From: Raillietiella orientalis
Lineage: Eukaryota
Assembly: GCA_036172245.1 (NCBI GenBank)
Contig: JAYWIR010000030.1
Location: forward strand, 186,001 to 250,000
DNA: 64,000 nt
Reading direction: 5' to 3'
Below the pieces are notes generated by a model that saw nothing but the letters and a program-made list of their open reading frames with translations, was not told where the DNA came from and made no database searches. A program made the position numbers and the translations under genes. Positions 24,391 through 36,500 of the stretch are shown one piece after another. Within the stretch, counting starts at the first letter, position 1; the number at the start of each line of letters is the position of its first letter.

Positions 24391-26454
24391 TCTATGGATC
24401 TGTGTAGAATGAGCAAACCGTATTTGTTTCACATAGTCTTTCGGGATTTCGACCGGCAGTTCCCCGACGCCCTACTGGAAGCATCGACTGGGTCGGCGGC
24501 GGCCGTGAAGCAGCGCCCCCCGGTGGGCTGAGGGAACCTGGGCCAAGGCCCTGGAAGCCATCCCTCAAGAAACGGGTGGCGTCTGCATCCTCTGAGACGA
24601 GCTGGGGGGGGAGGGAGAGGCGCACCGACCGTCCATGCCGCTTCCTCGCCCGTTCCCCACTGCGGCCGGCCGAGGACACCTCCGCTCTGCTCGAGGTCCC
24701 TGCTGGGCATCCGAGGTCCCTGGCGATGGCTCCGGAAGATGTGCCGGGAAAGTCACGCCGCCTTCTTCTTCCTCCGGCGTCGTCCCTGACGCCGGAGGGC
24801 CAAAAGTTTTCTCTGACGCAGCACCGTGCGCCGAATGGCTCCGTTGGCGCAGGTGCTTCCCCTGGCCGGGAACAGGTCCCGCGACCGCCGTCTGCGTTCG
24901 CTCGCTTCCCTCTTCCTGGCCTCTCTGGGCCCGCGGCGACGTCCGGAAGGAGGGCATGCGACCGCGATTCCTAGACCTCAGGATCCTCCGCCGGGTGCAG
25001 CAGAGTCTGAGGTCTGGGAACAGGCGCCGGATGAGGAGCAGCCCCCGACTGTCTCGAGCAGTGTCCTTCCCCGTTCCATCCAGACGGATGGGGTAATCTT
25101 GCCTACTGGCTGAGGCTTGCGTCCTTCTCCGAGTGCCCGGCTCTTCGCGGGAGACGCCGCAACGCCCTCCTCGGTGCGCTCCGCGGGGGTGTTCTCCTTG
25201 GCTCCCCTAGCGCCGTGATCTCAGCCTCTAGGGTCCTGCCGACGGCGAAGATCGTCGGCCCGCACGGAAGGCGCAGCCGCCGACGAAAAGGAGGAGGGGC
25301 CGAGTTCGCAGCTTCCACCCTCCCCCCGATGTCCCTCCCCCCGGACTTTCGAGAGGGGTAGGAGGATGCCCGGTATGAGGGGCTCGTCCGCTCCTCGCGG
25401 CGCCTGGTCCAGACAAAGCGGGGAGTCGAATCCGGGGGGCACTCCGCTTGCAGACCACCAGCATCCAGGGCGAAGACCGTCTTCCCCCGCTTATTGCAGC
25501 TTCGCCTCTTTGTCTCGGCTGCCTCCGAGCAGCCCTCGGGGAGGGAGAGGGTTTCTCGATCGGCTCTCCGGATGTTTTCTTTTGGTTCGGGAGATCGAGA
25601 GAGGAAAGGGATGGAGGGGGGGGGGGGGGGAAGACGGCCGCCTCCCGGAGTGCGATCGCGCTGAGGGATTCCCGAAATTTCTCTCGCCCCTGTCCTGCGG
25701 GGATTCACCTATCGAGGACGGAGAGAAGTCGGGAGCTCCGTCGAAGACGCCCCTCCCCTCCTTTCCCTTTCGCGCGCCAAGCCCTCTGCAGCCAGAGTCC
25801 CTAACCGCTCGGGTCCCCAAGCACCCCGGAAGGCGGCCGGAATTTCAGCCGCGCAGCGTTTAGCAACGAATCTCCTCCCCGTCTGAAGCCGGCCGGCGTG
25901 CTCCCAGTACCTTCGGCGTCCCCCGCGTGGCGCCGCCACCTGCTGCGTCGATTCTTGGGAAACGAAGCGGACGCGGAGGGAGAGAACGGAGGGAGGGAGG
26001 GGGGAACTCCTCCCGAGGATCCGCTTCTCCCCGTCCTCCTGGCTGTGGGCTGTCCTCTGGGAGCGGGGGCGAATCCGCAGGGCAGGAGGGCGGGCGAAAC
26101 CGGCAGGACGCTCCACATCCCTACGCGTGAGTCGCCGCTCGCGGGCCGCGAGACCCCTTCTGGAGCTCCCCACCAGGAAGACGGAAGGAGCTGCTTCCCT
26201 GCAGGGAACGAGCAGTGCTGCCCGCCCGGGGAGGGCTGATGCGACGGCCTCTCGGGCCCTTTCCGGCCGCGCTCGCCAGCTAGGAAGGAGGAGCGAACCC
26301 CGGTGGGCGGGGACGAGGAGAGACCGCATGCGTCCAGGGCTGCGCTGTCAGCGGCGAAGAGCTCCAGGAAGCGCGCGGGAGTGATGCACTCGCGCGCGCT
26401 TCCTGGAGAGTTCCGAGCGCTTCGCTGGGTCGGGGTTGCTGTGACTGCTGTCCT

Positions 26455-27092
26455 TGTCGTCATCGTCGTCGTCGTCGTCATTAACAACACCGTCATCGTT
26501 ATCGCCATCAGTATTATCACTAACATTAATGTTTCCGTTATCGTTTTATCGTTACTGTCGTCATCATTCTATCATTGTCCTCATGGGTATCATCAGTTTC
26601 GTTAATATCGTCATTATCATTGCCATTGTTATTATTATTGCTATAATCGTTTTTATTATTATCATCATCGCTTTTATTATCGCTATTATTGTTGCTATCG
26701 TCATTATTGTTATTATTGTTATTTTTATTATTGTTGCTATTATTATTATTTTTTATTATTGTTATCATCATTATTGTTGCTGTTGTTGTCATCGTTATTG
26801 TCATTGTCATCGTTATTATTATCATTGTTGTTTTATTATCACCATGCTTATCGTCTTTATCATTATCATCTCCGCTACCACCTTCTCGTTGTCCTTATCG
26901 TTATTATCATTGTTGCCATTGATATCATCATTATCATTGACGCTGTTATCATCAGCATTATCGTTACCGTTTTATCATTGGCATTATCGCTATTGTCACC
27001 ATTATCGTTGTTATCATTGTCGTCGTTATTATCATGGCTATCATTATCATCATGACTGTTATCAGTGTCAGTACCACGATTATCGTCATCGC
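26455..27092. repeat. Degenerate trinucleotide low-complexity tract (ATC/ATT/GTT/GTC)n
   Basis: Directly visible; produces spurious poly-Ile/Ser/Leu/Asn ORFs. Confidence 0.9.
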
Positions 27093-30000
27093 TTGTGCAT
27101 TTGTTGGCTCGTCTGCACGAAGGGGGGACGGGGCCGTGGTCGTCGCTGGCGCGCGGAGGTGTAACGGACCGCAGAGGTCACGGAAGCTGCGTGATGCTCG
27201 TCCCGCCTGCGAGGCTGGTCGAGCGCGCCGAAGAAATAGGGAACCAGAAACGGAGGATGGGGGGGAGGGTGTAGCTCTCCGAGGAATGACATCCGCAGAG
27301 GGGATGCTGTGCGTGCGCGCTCCCTCGGGATCCGCCTCTCCCACTCTCTCCTTTTCTCCCCCTCCCCTTCATCCTCTCTCTTCCTTTTGGGAGAGAATGG
27401 GCCGCTCTCCGTCGCCATCTTCCAGCTTGGTTTCGCCCTCTCGCACCACGGTCTCCCCCCTCCTCCCCCTCCTCTGTCCCTCCCTCCTTCCCTCTTTCGC
27501 CAATTAAGCTGCTCTGCGTTAATCCACCCTGCGTGAGCGCTCGCCAATTTGCTATTCTCTTTCACCATGGTGACGGCGCTCGCGCACCTGATGCAACCCG
27601 GCCGGCTTCCGGGCAGCGGTGTCGGCAGCGTGCCTTCCCTGCCAAGGGGCCGGACCCCACGAGGGTCCCCGAGGAGATCGAGCGGCGGACGGACCTTCAA
27701 TAAGCCGGTGGTCGATCACCTTCCTCGTCTCTCCCCAGCCACTGAAGCCAAAGAAACCACAGTCTCCGTGTGGCAGGGCGCCTCCGGTGGTGCATCGAGA
27801 GAAGCGTGCGCAGGCGCAAAGCGGACCAGGGAATTCCCGCTGCTGCGCAGTCTGCAGTCCGGCCTTTCCACCCGGGAGCTCCGGGGGGCCGTTCACTTAA
27901 CAAAATACGAATAATAGGCATTTGCCATCTGCGTGGTTGGTCCACGGGCCCATTTCCAAAGGAACCTGCCGAGTTGGCGGCGGTACGCGGCCCGGCGAGC
28001 TTGGCCTCGGCGGCAGGTGGTCGGCGCTGTCGGCCGTGTCACGTTGACCGCTAATGGAACGAAAAAGAAAAAAAAAAAAAGAAAAAAACGAAAACAAAAA
28101 CAAAACGAGCAAGAAGAAGCCCTCTTTTGCTCGCTATCAGCTTCCTGGGCGCGGAGCCCACTTTCACTGTTATCAGCAACACTGCCAACAATTCATTGAA
28201 TTGCAAATCAGGGAGTTTTGCTGCGGGAAAATGGGCAGGAGCGGGTCCTCGCCCTCCCTCCCGCGGGAAGCTTCGCGAAACGGCAGGTGCGCGCGCGGCA
28301 ATGGAGGTGGCCGCGTGCGCCGACTGGAAATCCCCCTCGGAAACTCCTCGCGGCCGCGGTGCAAGAGGGAAAGCCCGCTGGCCCTCCTCTTGTGAAATCA
28401 ATCGAAACAACCAACTTCGTGCTGCTGCTGCTGCTGCCCCCACTGCCTTTCCGCTTCTTCGAGCGCTGCTTCCGCCCGCGGACCAATCGCCCCCTATGCG
28501 ACTGCTCGGTCGAGGTGCAGCACCGGACGGGGGCTGCTGCTGCTAGCGGGCTTTCCCACGCAACCCCCGGGAACACCAGAGCGTAACCAGGAAAGAGATG
28601 GCATGCAACCACGGGGATTCCGAGCACAGCAAGGAATTCAAACACCAAGGATTAGCCGGAAACTCGGCAACACCAAAACGAGAAGGAAATTGAAAAGAAC
28701 AGAAAAAAATAAGTAAAATTTGCTTTATTTTTTGCTCGCTTTTCTCTTTCGCCATCGCACGGTGCTCGCAACGACGTCTGCGAAAGTACATCAAGTGGTG
28801 GAGGGAAAGAAAGAAAGAAAAAGGGGGAAAAAAAAAAAAAAAAAAACCCCTCTGGGGCTGCTGCATAAACCTGCAGTTGCTCCCACGAATTCCAAAGCAA
28901 AATGCTTCACAGCCCTTCCGCGGGAATTCCGGCCTCACAGGCGTCTCCAGGAAGGATCCACGGAAGCAGGAAGATGGCGGATGAGGATCGACGAGGCCTT
29001 GCACGTAGCCTTGGGCAGCTGCAAGCAGTCCACGGTGAGATCCAGCAGAGGTGCCGGTGGTGCCGGTGGTGCCGTTGGCCGTGCACTTTGCACCGGTGGC
29101 GAACCGCCTGCACGTCGAGACGAATTCAGCAGCAGCGTGCAGGTGGAGCACGCCGTGCTTCTTCGTCTTCTTCGTCTTTGCATACGCAACGAAAGCAGCC
29201 GATCGTGCTAAATCGCCGGGAAAGAAGCTCTGCATGAAAGCTTGCTTGCAGTTGCTGTTGTTGTTGGTTTGCAGGGGGGGGGGGGTCTTCCTATTCCGAT
29301 CGCACAGACTCTCCTGTATCCACATTTGTGCTTAAAGGATTCCGTTTCGTTGAACGACGTCATCTGTTGTTTCCTGCGAGGAGATGTAGATGTCTCCTCA
29401 GGCTGCACTGGTCGTCTCCTCGCTGTTTCCACGGCCGAGGGCAGCGCAACTGATTTGCAAAAAGAGGGCCCTTCCTTGTGGTACGGAACACTCTGCTGGA
29501 GGAATTCATCGCAGGATCATTTTCGATAACCTTTTTCGACCGGGAAAACCTTCCCGGGACGCTGAACACGACACGAAAGGAACACATGCAGCCTCTTCTT
29601 CTTTTTTTTTTTTCTACGAAATCTCTTGCTTTCCGAGGCCGCACTGTTCCCGTAGACTTGGCAACATTGTGTTGGGTTGCAGTGTGCAGGGCGGTATCTT
29701 GATCCACCACGATCTAGTTTATGTGAATTGCCGAGTGTAGATATACCAGACCACGATCTTATCAACGGATGAGCTGTGGATGCGAAGTGTCACAAGAGCA
29801 AGTGTTTTTGTACCCACATTGATTTGGATCAGAAGTTCACTTGCAGGGCAAACTCTACAGGAATTTCGAGGAAAAGATATATCTTCCCCCCCCCCCCTTC
29901 CCTTCTTCCTCCTCTTTGCTCTCGATAGGAGACGCAAACCCGGAGAACGACGACTCCGTGGGTTTTACGGTTCGAACCCGAGGAAAGGGTGCGCCTCTGT

Positions 30001-30164
30001 GCGATTCACGTCTTTCCCTGCAGCGGGTTGTTCCTCAGAATCTCAGGGTTCTCCTTTGCAGGCAGCTACTCCAGAAGAGGACAATACCTTTGTGATACAT
30101 TGTATTTCTCCGTTTGGGACTTTTGCAGCAGGGGTTCCGTGATTTATCTGCATACATCTTTTGT

Positions 30165-30168
<4 letters not shown>

Positions 30169-30196
<28 letters not shown>
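30169..30196. repeat. (CA)n microsatellite
   Basis: Directly visible. Confidence 0.95.
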
Positions 30197-30199
<3 letters not shown>

Positions 30200-31438
30200 C
30201 CCTTTGCTGGAGATTTCGTCAGGATTCCTCCAGGCGAGCTTCATGCGCCATGGCACAGCCCACTCTCCACACCGCCATCGAGTGCAGCGCTGCTCACTCG
30301 TTTCCACGTAGCGTTTCCCTAGAGATGGTTGTGGTACACTTTTCGTAACGGGCTCGGTATCACCCTGGTCATTAACACGACTGTTACACAGATCCACAGT
30401 GGATCGGAACGCTCCAAAGTCTTCAAGAGGTTGCATAAGTTTGCTTGTTTGTTTATTTTTTTCCGAAAAACAAAAAACAAAAATAATTACGGAGACATTC
30501 GTGCCTGGCGCTGTCAGATGGCACCCATAGCAGTGGGAAACGTAACAAGGAAAAGCTATTCCCAGATGTGCTGGATTCAAGGTGTCCGTGCTTTTCTATG
30601 GAGATCACATCCAATGCCAGGGAAAGTCACCTTTCGGTCCCCTTTGCTTCCATAAAGTCGTTAACACACCTTGGAAAGCAGCGAAGAAGTAAAAGAAGGC
30701 ATGGAAGGCTTTCCAAAGCAGCAGCGCCGTGCTGCTATGGAGACGCGAAGACACACTGCACTGCTGCGCCAAAAACCCGCGGCGAGCAGAAGCCGTGCAT
30801 CCGCAACCATTGTTGGCGGCGTAGTTACGTGAGTGTTTCGCTGATCACTTAGCAACCACCGTTCACACGGTCTAAATATAGCTTCAGTCCTGCGAGCGAT
30901 CGGCTGCTTGTTGCCGTCCTTAGAATGGCACGCTGACCAACGCACGTACGTATGAATGGAGGTAGAAAATAGATTCGCCCCGCCGCAAGTCGGAATGCGG
31001 GAAACGGAGTGAATTCCATTCCAAAAGAGGCGTGCAAAGTGTTCGCGAATGCTTTGCATATGCAAACCCGATTATAGAACCGATAATTAAGAACTGTATC
31101 GTTCATTTGTCCGGCATCGGAGGCGATCATGAAACCAATTTGCAGGAACCTTTCCTTTGTGTAGCATCTCCCCGTTTTCCTTTTCTCGAAACTCCCACTC
31201 TTTCCCTCTATGAATTCCCGAGTGAGCAAATAGCTCCAAGACCAACTCTCGGCCAATCGATATCTGTATAAATTTCATATGTGGATACTTGCATAGTGAT
31301 TGTATTGATGTGTATTTTGCGTGTCCATTTCTTTTGTGTTTAATGCAAGTCAAATGAGGATCAGATTTTTGTGTGAGACTCTTTGCAAATGGTATCATGC
31401 ATGTTTTTCCTGTTTTTGTATATTTTACACAATAGGTC

Positions 31439-33575
31439 TTTATTACTTTAAAAGATACAGGGTTCCTCCTTTGGAGGGAGCTCGTATACAAGATGGACGG
31501 AAATAATACTTATATCACTGATTCAAGGCATCCATAGCATCATTCGCGAGTTGAATGTTCCGGGATGCTGGATCTCTTTTGACGGGACGTCACCCATGGT
31601 CATGTGACGTTTTCGTCCCTGTATCCTGGGGGTACACCAGATGTAGCACTTGGGAAGATCTCTTCGAAGAAGCTGGGGTGGGGTTCTGGTATTCCATGGC
31701 GGCTCCTCCGTTTTCATAGGGCCGCGGAAGGCAAACAGGAAGCGGCGCGGGTTGTGGGGGTTTTCACTTTTCGAGGGATTTCACCAGTGGGTGGAAGGTC
31801 GGATTCGTCAGGGCGATCGTCACTAGCTGCATCCTCGTATCAGCTAGTGTTGTCATTTTCCACGCCGTATTCCTCAGCACGCGATTCGGCGTTGTTGGCT
31901 CCGCTGCAAGATGTTCTGGAACATAGTGAGGGAATGGGCCTACGAACCGTATGCGCAGACGGCACAAGTGGAACACCGAGCGTGGGGTTGGGGTTAGGGC
32001 TAGCCGGGCGGGGAGGGTCGAGGTTTGCTAGGCAGGGAAACGCATCCAGAGCCTCGGTGGACGGTTGGTACTCGATGTGTTTCGCGTAGATGTCTCAGGA
32101 TGCTCTTATGACGGCCGAAATTGTTCTGTCCCTGAGGGCTTTCGCGTGCGGCTTGGGTATGCCAAATCTGGCAAGGCCTTCATCCTTCCTTGAGTTCCAG
32201 GCTCCCAGTGTGCCGATGATGAATGCATCAACGTAGACCGTCCTGCCGTCTTGCGGAAATACTTGGCAATCTGAACATACTTTTTGACTTTTTCTGCCCG
32301 CGCAACTCTGAAGGAGTCCCGACGGTTCTCAAAGGGAATGGCCACATCGATAATGGAAGCCTGGTCACAGACAACAGGGTCGGGTCGAAGGGAGGAGTTT
32401 AAATCGCCCACTTGTTGGTCGGTTCGAAGTCTGAACCAGTAAGGGCGCGAGGCTTCGGCGAATTCCTTAAGGACTAAGTTGTGGCGCTCATCTACGGAAC
32501 TGCCAAGGTGGTATTGGCAGTGGGCGAGTAAGTGGCAGAGAGATTCCTTGAGCCAGATGCATCTTCCGCATCTCTCAAAGAAACCGGGCGCTTCATGTTT
32601 CCATTGAGGGGCAGCAAAACTCAGCCGCTCTCGGTGGATGAATCTCTAATCTGAAAGACAGAGAGACTCACATCATCTCTGCAGAAAGCTGTTGGAGGCA
32701 GGATGCAGGGAGACACTCCATGATTGGACCCTGATCAGGCTTGCTGAGCAGAGCCGATGTTCTGCCCATCCGCTGCATCGAGCGGATCGTTCTGGCCGCT
32801 TGCCAACGCTAATAGGAGGTGATTCGCTTGCCAGAAATCGAAATGTCAATGGAGTCATCCTGGGCGGACAAGGACAGAGGCTTGCCTCACTGCTGACCAG
32901 AAGCTCTTTGGATTGAGAGAAGGCATTAAAAGGGGGGTCACAGTCACCATTCAGGAAGCGAGCAATGCGGGATTTGCGCCTCACCACTTCACCCAATGAA
33001 CTGCGCGCGAGTTCACGCACCATTGGGCCAGGGGAGGACAAGAGCTTGAAAGCGGAGTCCACGCACATGATGGAGCTCTCTTCCTGGAGAACGGGACATC
33101 CCATACCTCCAGCAGGAGCAGCTATATGAAGGTACTCTGCGGAAGCGGCTTGAGGAAGAGTGAGCACCTGAGATTTCAGTGCTTTCTTAATGATGTTGTC
33201 CAGCTGTTTCCAAAAGCTGAGGGGCTTGAGGTGCAATCGAAGAGAGCGGGTGAGGGAGGGAAAAAAGAAGACCTTGAGGGCATCTAATTTCTGCCAGGTC
33301 GGGGCAGAGTCGAGAATCCGTTCTAATTTCTGAAGAATTTCCTCTTCTCCAGCATCCAATCGCAGGGCGTCGAACCCTACTGGTCTGCCTAGATACTCGT
33401 GCGCTTCATTGTCCTGGAGTGCTGGGATGGGATCTTCCCCAACACACATCGATCTTAGCCAAAAGGACGAGAAGTGATTGTGTACACACGAGTAAGCAAT
33501 TTGCTTGAACTGAGCAGCTGCCCTCAACTATTAGGAAATGCTCGGTAGCGTTAAGAATCAGAATCAGTCACTCGT
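31439..33575 (-). mobile_element. 5'-truncated, degenerate non-LTR retrotransposon of the RLE-bearing NeSL/Utopia type (late RT domain, thumb, CCHC knuckle, restriction-like endonuclease)
   Basis: Co-linear minus-strand motifs: HEYLGRPVGF (late RT), WQKLDALKVFFFPSL, GGMGCP, D*RFIHRERL..LPLNG (cf. DWRFIHRARLN), CGRC-x8-H-x4-C, RHN, LRPD, IIDVAIPFEN...AR.EKVKKY, AFIIGTLGAW, IRAS*DIYAKHI. Nonsense codons and frameshifts are present, and the YADD region is missing. Minus-strand AATAAA at 31439-31444 is taken as the tentative 3' end. Confidence 0.9.
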
Positions 33576-36500
33576 AAGTACAAGATTTTTCCGTTTCCTG
33601 TGCTCACAGAGCAGAAGACTGAATCAGGTGGGAATCACTTTGCAGTGCACGAACACGAACTTTTATCACTGCCACTGTTAGTTTTCTCTTTCGAATTAAA
33701 GGCTGCTTTGTCATCTTCAGGAAATATGCAAAATGGCGTTTGCACATTTCCTCAGTTTTTCTGGAATCAGCATTTCTATCGTGCCTCGTAGCAATTTCCT
33801 GCTATCCATAAACCAATAAATGAATCTGTAAAGAAATAATAGACACAGACTGTTGTTTTTCTTCCGAAGCAAAGACAAGTGCTCTTGTCATTCGAATCAA
33901 GATGAGTCTCCCCGATAGTCAGAGAAGATCGGTCAGTTCCAGGTGGGAGGAAAGAGGAACAGCTTCGAGGACCGAAAACGAGAGAAACCTTCGGCTACTA
34001 TTTTTCTCCGGTTTCCTTCGCTAAACCAAGATACTATTCCTTGCTACTCTCGCTGGTGGTTTCTCTCGTTGTGTGTGTGTTTTTCACTTTCTTCTTTGCT
34101 CAGGGATCCTTTCTTCTCCCTCTGTGGCACCAGCAATTCGCAGAATATTCCTCGGAGCCATCGGTCTAGCACGAGCCTACGATACCTGCAAGCGCACACA
34201 TTCGGGTACAGCAGTTTCCGTCGAAGAGCAATGGCCCTACGCTCTCTTGGGAAATACTTGCACCACATACTTGGATTTTCATCACGCAAGCCCGCGTAAC
34301 ACTTCAAAGTAAAGGCAGCTGCGTTCCATGGTACTTCATCACATTCTCCCGGTTTCCCAAGTTGCTTGGTGCGGATTCCGCGGACCATCCACGGGTAGCC
34401 TGCGGACGAAAATGCCCGCGGCTCTAGGGGAAGCATCGAGTGGCGCGTGCGCAAGCACGTCCTGAACCCCATGTCGTCCGGCCGCGGAAACGCATCCCCG
34501 GGGAAGAGAGAGAGAGAGAGAGAAAAAAAAAAATTGTTCCCACCCGCACATAACATCCCGATCCGCTTGAGTGGTCCGCCACGACCCGCAGCGAAACCCG
34601 TCCATCGTCCTAGCGCGGCGGATGCCCCACGAGACGACAGCCGCCGCCCGCACCATCTTGCGTCGCCTCCATCAACCGCCTCCTAACCCCTGTGCTGGAC
34701 CGCGCGCTTTCTTCGTTTTCGTCCTCTTTTGTTCTTCATGAACTTCATCCGACGCGCAGTCGACGTCCCCTTTCTCGGAGGTCTCCTCTCGCAACGGAAA
34801 ACACGCGCAGGTGCGTCCGTCCATGCAACCGTCGCGAGCGGGCGGATGCCAGAGAGCTTCTTCCCACGTATTCTGCGTTTGCTTCCCGGGATCTGGAAGT
34901 ACTCAGGAAGGCATCTGACGCTCTCACACGATTCAGTCGGGCGCGCGCCACAAGGAAAAAACCTGCTCCCTATCGTCCTCCCTAATCCCTGTCCAAGTTT
35001 CACTCCCTGCGCTCCTGCTCTTCCTCTTTTTCCCGTTCCTCCCCGCCTGCTTCCCCTCCCCTTCCTCCCAGAGGGCTCACCCCCCACGATTCGTTCCTCA
35101 GCAAAGAAACCGCCGTCATGGAAAGCAGGGGGAGGGAAGGGGCGGGACTCTTCCTTGGAAAATCGCTTTAGTTCAGCGCAGAGTTCCCGAGTCTCCTCGG
35201 CCACGGAAGATCCTGCTGAATCGTTATTCCCCTCCCCTATAAATTTCAGGTCTGTGATGGAGATCCGCCCTGTACCGCAACAACTCCGCGTCCGACTACC
35301 CTGGAGTCCCCTTCAGCACAGCTTGCCGGAGGAAGGGGGCAGAGCCCATTTCCGGCTGCTCGCCAAAACCGAACCAGGAAACCGGAGAGCGCGCGCGCAG
35401 CATCCCGGTATCAGCGTCAGTCGGTTTTGCCGACAGTCGCAACCGATGCGAAGCGCGCGAATCGACTGTCCAGGGGTACCCGCGTGCAGCCTGAGCCTCG
35501 CAAGCTCACGCGCGGGAGGGCGCTGCTGCGTGGTTAAGAATCCCGTTCCGTAATCTGGAGCGCTCCTGCCCCTCCTTCCTTCGTTCCCTCCCCCCTTCCC
35601 TCTTCCCTGTGTTCTCCTCTCCCTCCAGGATGGTGCGTGTGAGCGCTCGTGCCGCTAGAACGGGAAGGAGCGACGGGTGGCTCCACCATTGCGCGCGTGC
35701 GAGCGACGCGAGCGCAGTGTCGAGCAACCGCACGAGTTTTTGAGTGGGAGGCGGAGGAGGGGGCGAACCCAGAGCTCGGCCCTCCTGCCCGGCGCCGCCG
35801 CCGCCGCCTCCTCCACTGCTGCTACTGCTGCTGCAGCAGCTGCGGAGTAGACGCCGCACGCCTCTCGCAGATGCAGGATCGGAGGGCGGGTGCGTGGAAG
35901 GAGGGGGAGGAAGAGAGATCGTCAGCAGCAGCAAAATTGACGTCACGAGCCCCCTGCTCGCGTGGGGATCAGGTGAGCGCACCGTCCCGTTCCGAGGACA
36001 GCGGGGCCGTGCGGTGGATGGAGGAAACCGGCCTGGGTGGTGGTACAGGAGCTTTCTTCTTCGCTCTCACCCCCCGCACTCCCTCCCCCTTCCTCTTCTC
36101 GTTTTCTTCTCCTCCTTCCCCCTTCCCTCTTCCACATGGCCACGGCGAGGGCAGAGAGCCAGCGGTGGGGAAAGAGGTGGTACATCGCCGCGGCGCCGCG
36201 CGCGAGGTCTGCCGCAGATCGCCGGGGAAAAACGTCAGGTGGCGGCGGGACGCAGCTCCGCTCCTGGATCTTGGAAACCGGGACCAGGGAAAGCGAACAC
36301 TCGGGGCGCCCGACACGCAGCTCCGCAGCGTGAGAGAAGCGCGCGTGCGCACACCAAAGTGTCCTTCTCCCTCCCCCCCCTTCCTCCGCTGCTTCGGTCC
36401 GTGCGCACACGGAAGGGAGCCACGGGAAGCAGGCCTCATGGCCCGGAGCACTCTTGCGGTCGCCACCTTTGGCACTCCACAGGGGTCGCGGCATGATCGG

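Noticed and set aside
31700..31725. Shared TTCATAGGGC between the SINE-like tail and the Utopia 3' region (possible SINE-LINE partnership)
   Set aside because: The match is ~10 nt and antisense relative to the LINE; consistent with chance.
31984..31999. Telomere-like GGGGTTGGGGTTAGGG
   Set aside because: Only about three units; it is the antisense of Pro-Asn-Pro-Asn-Pro codons in the retroelement tail.
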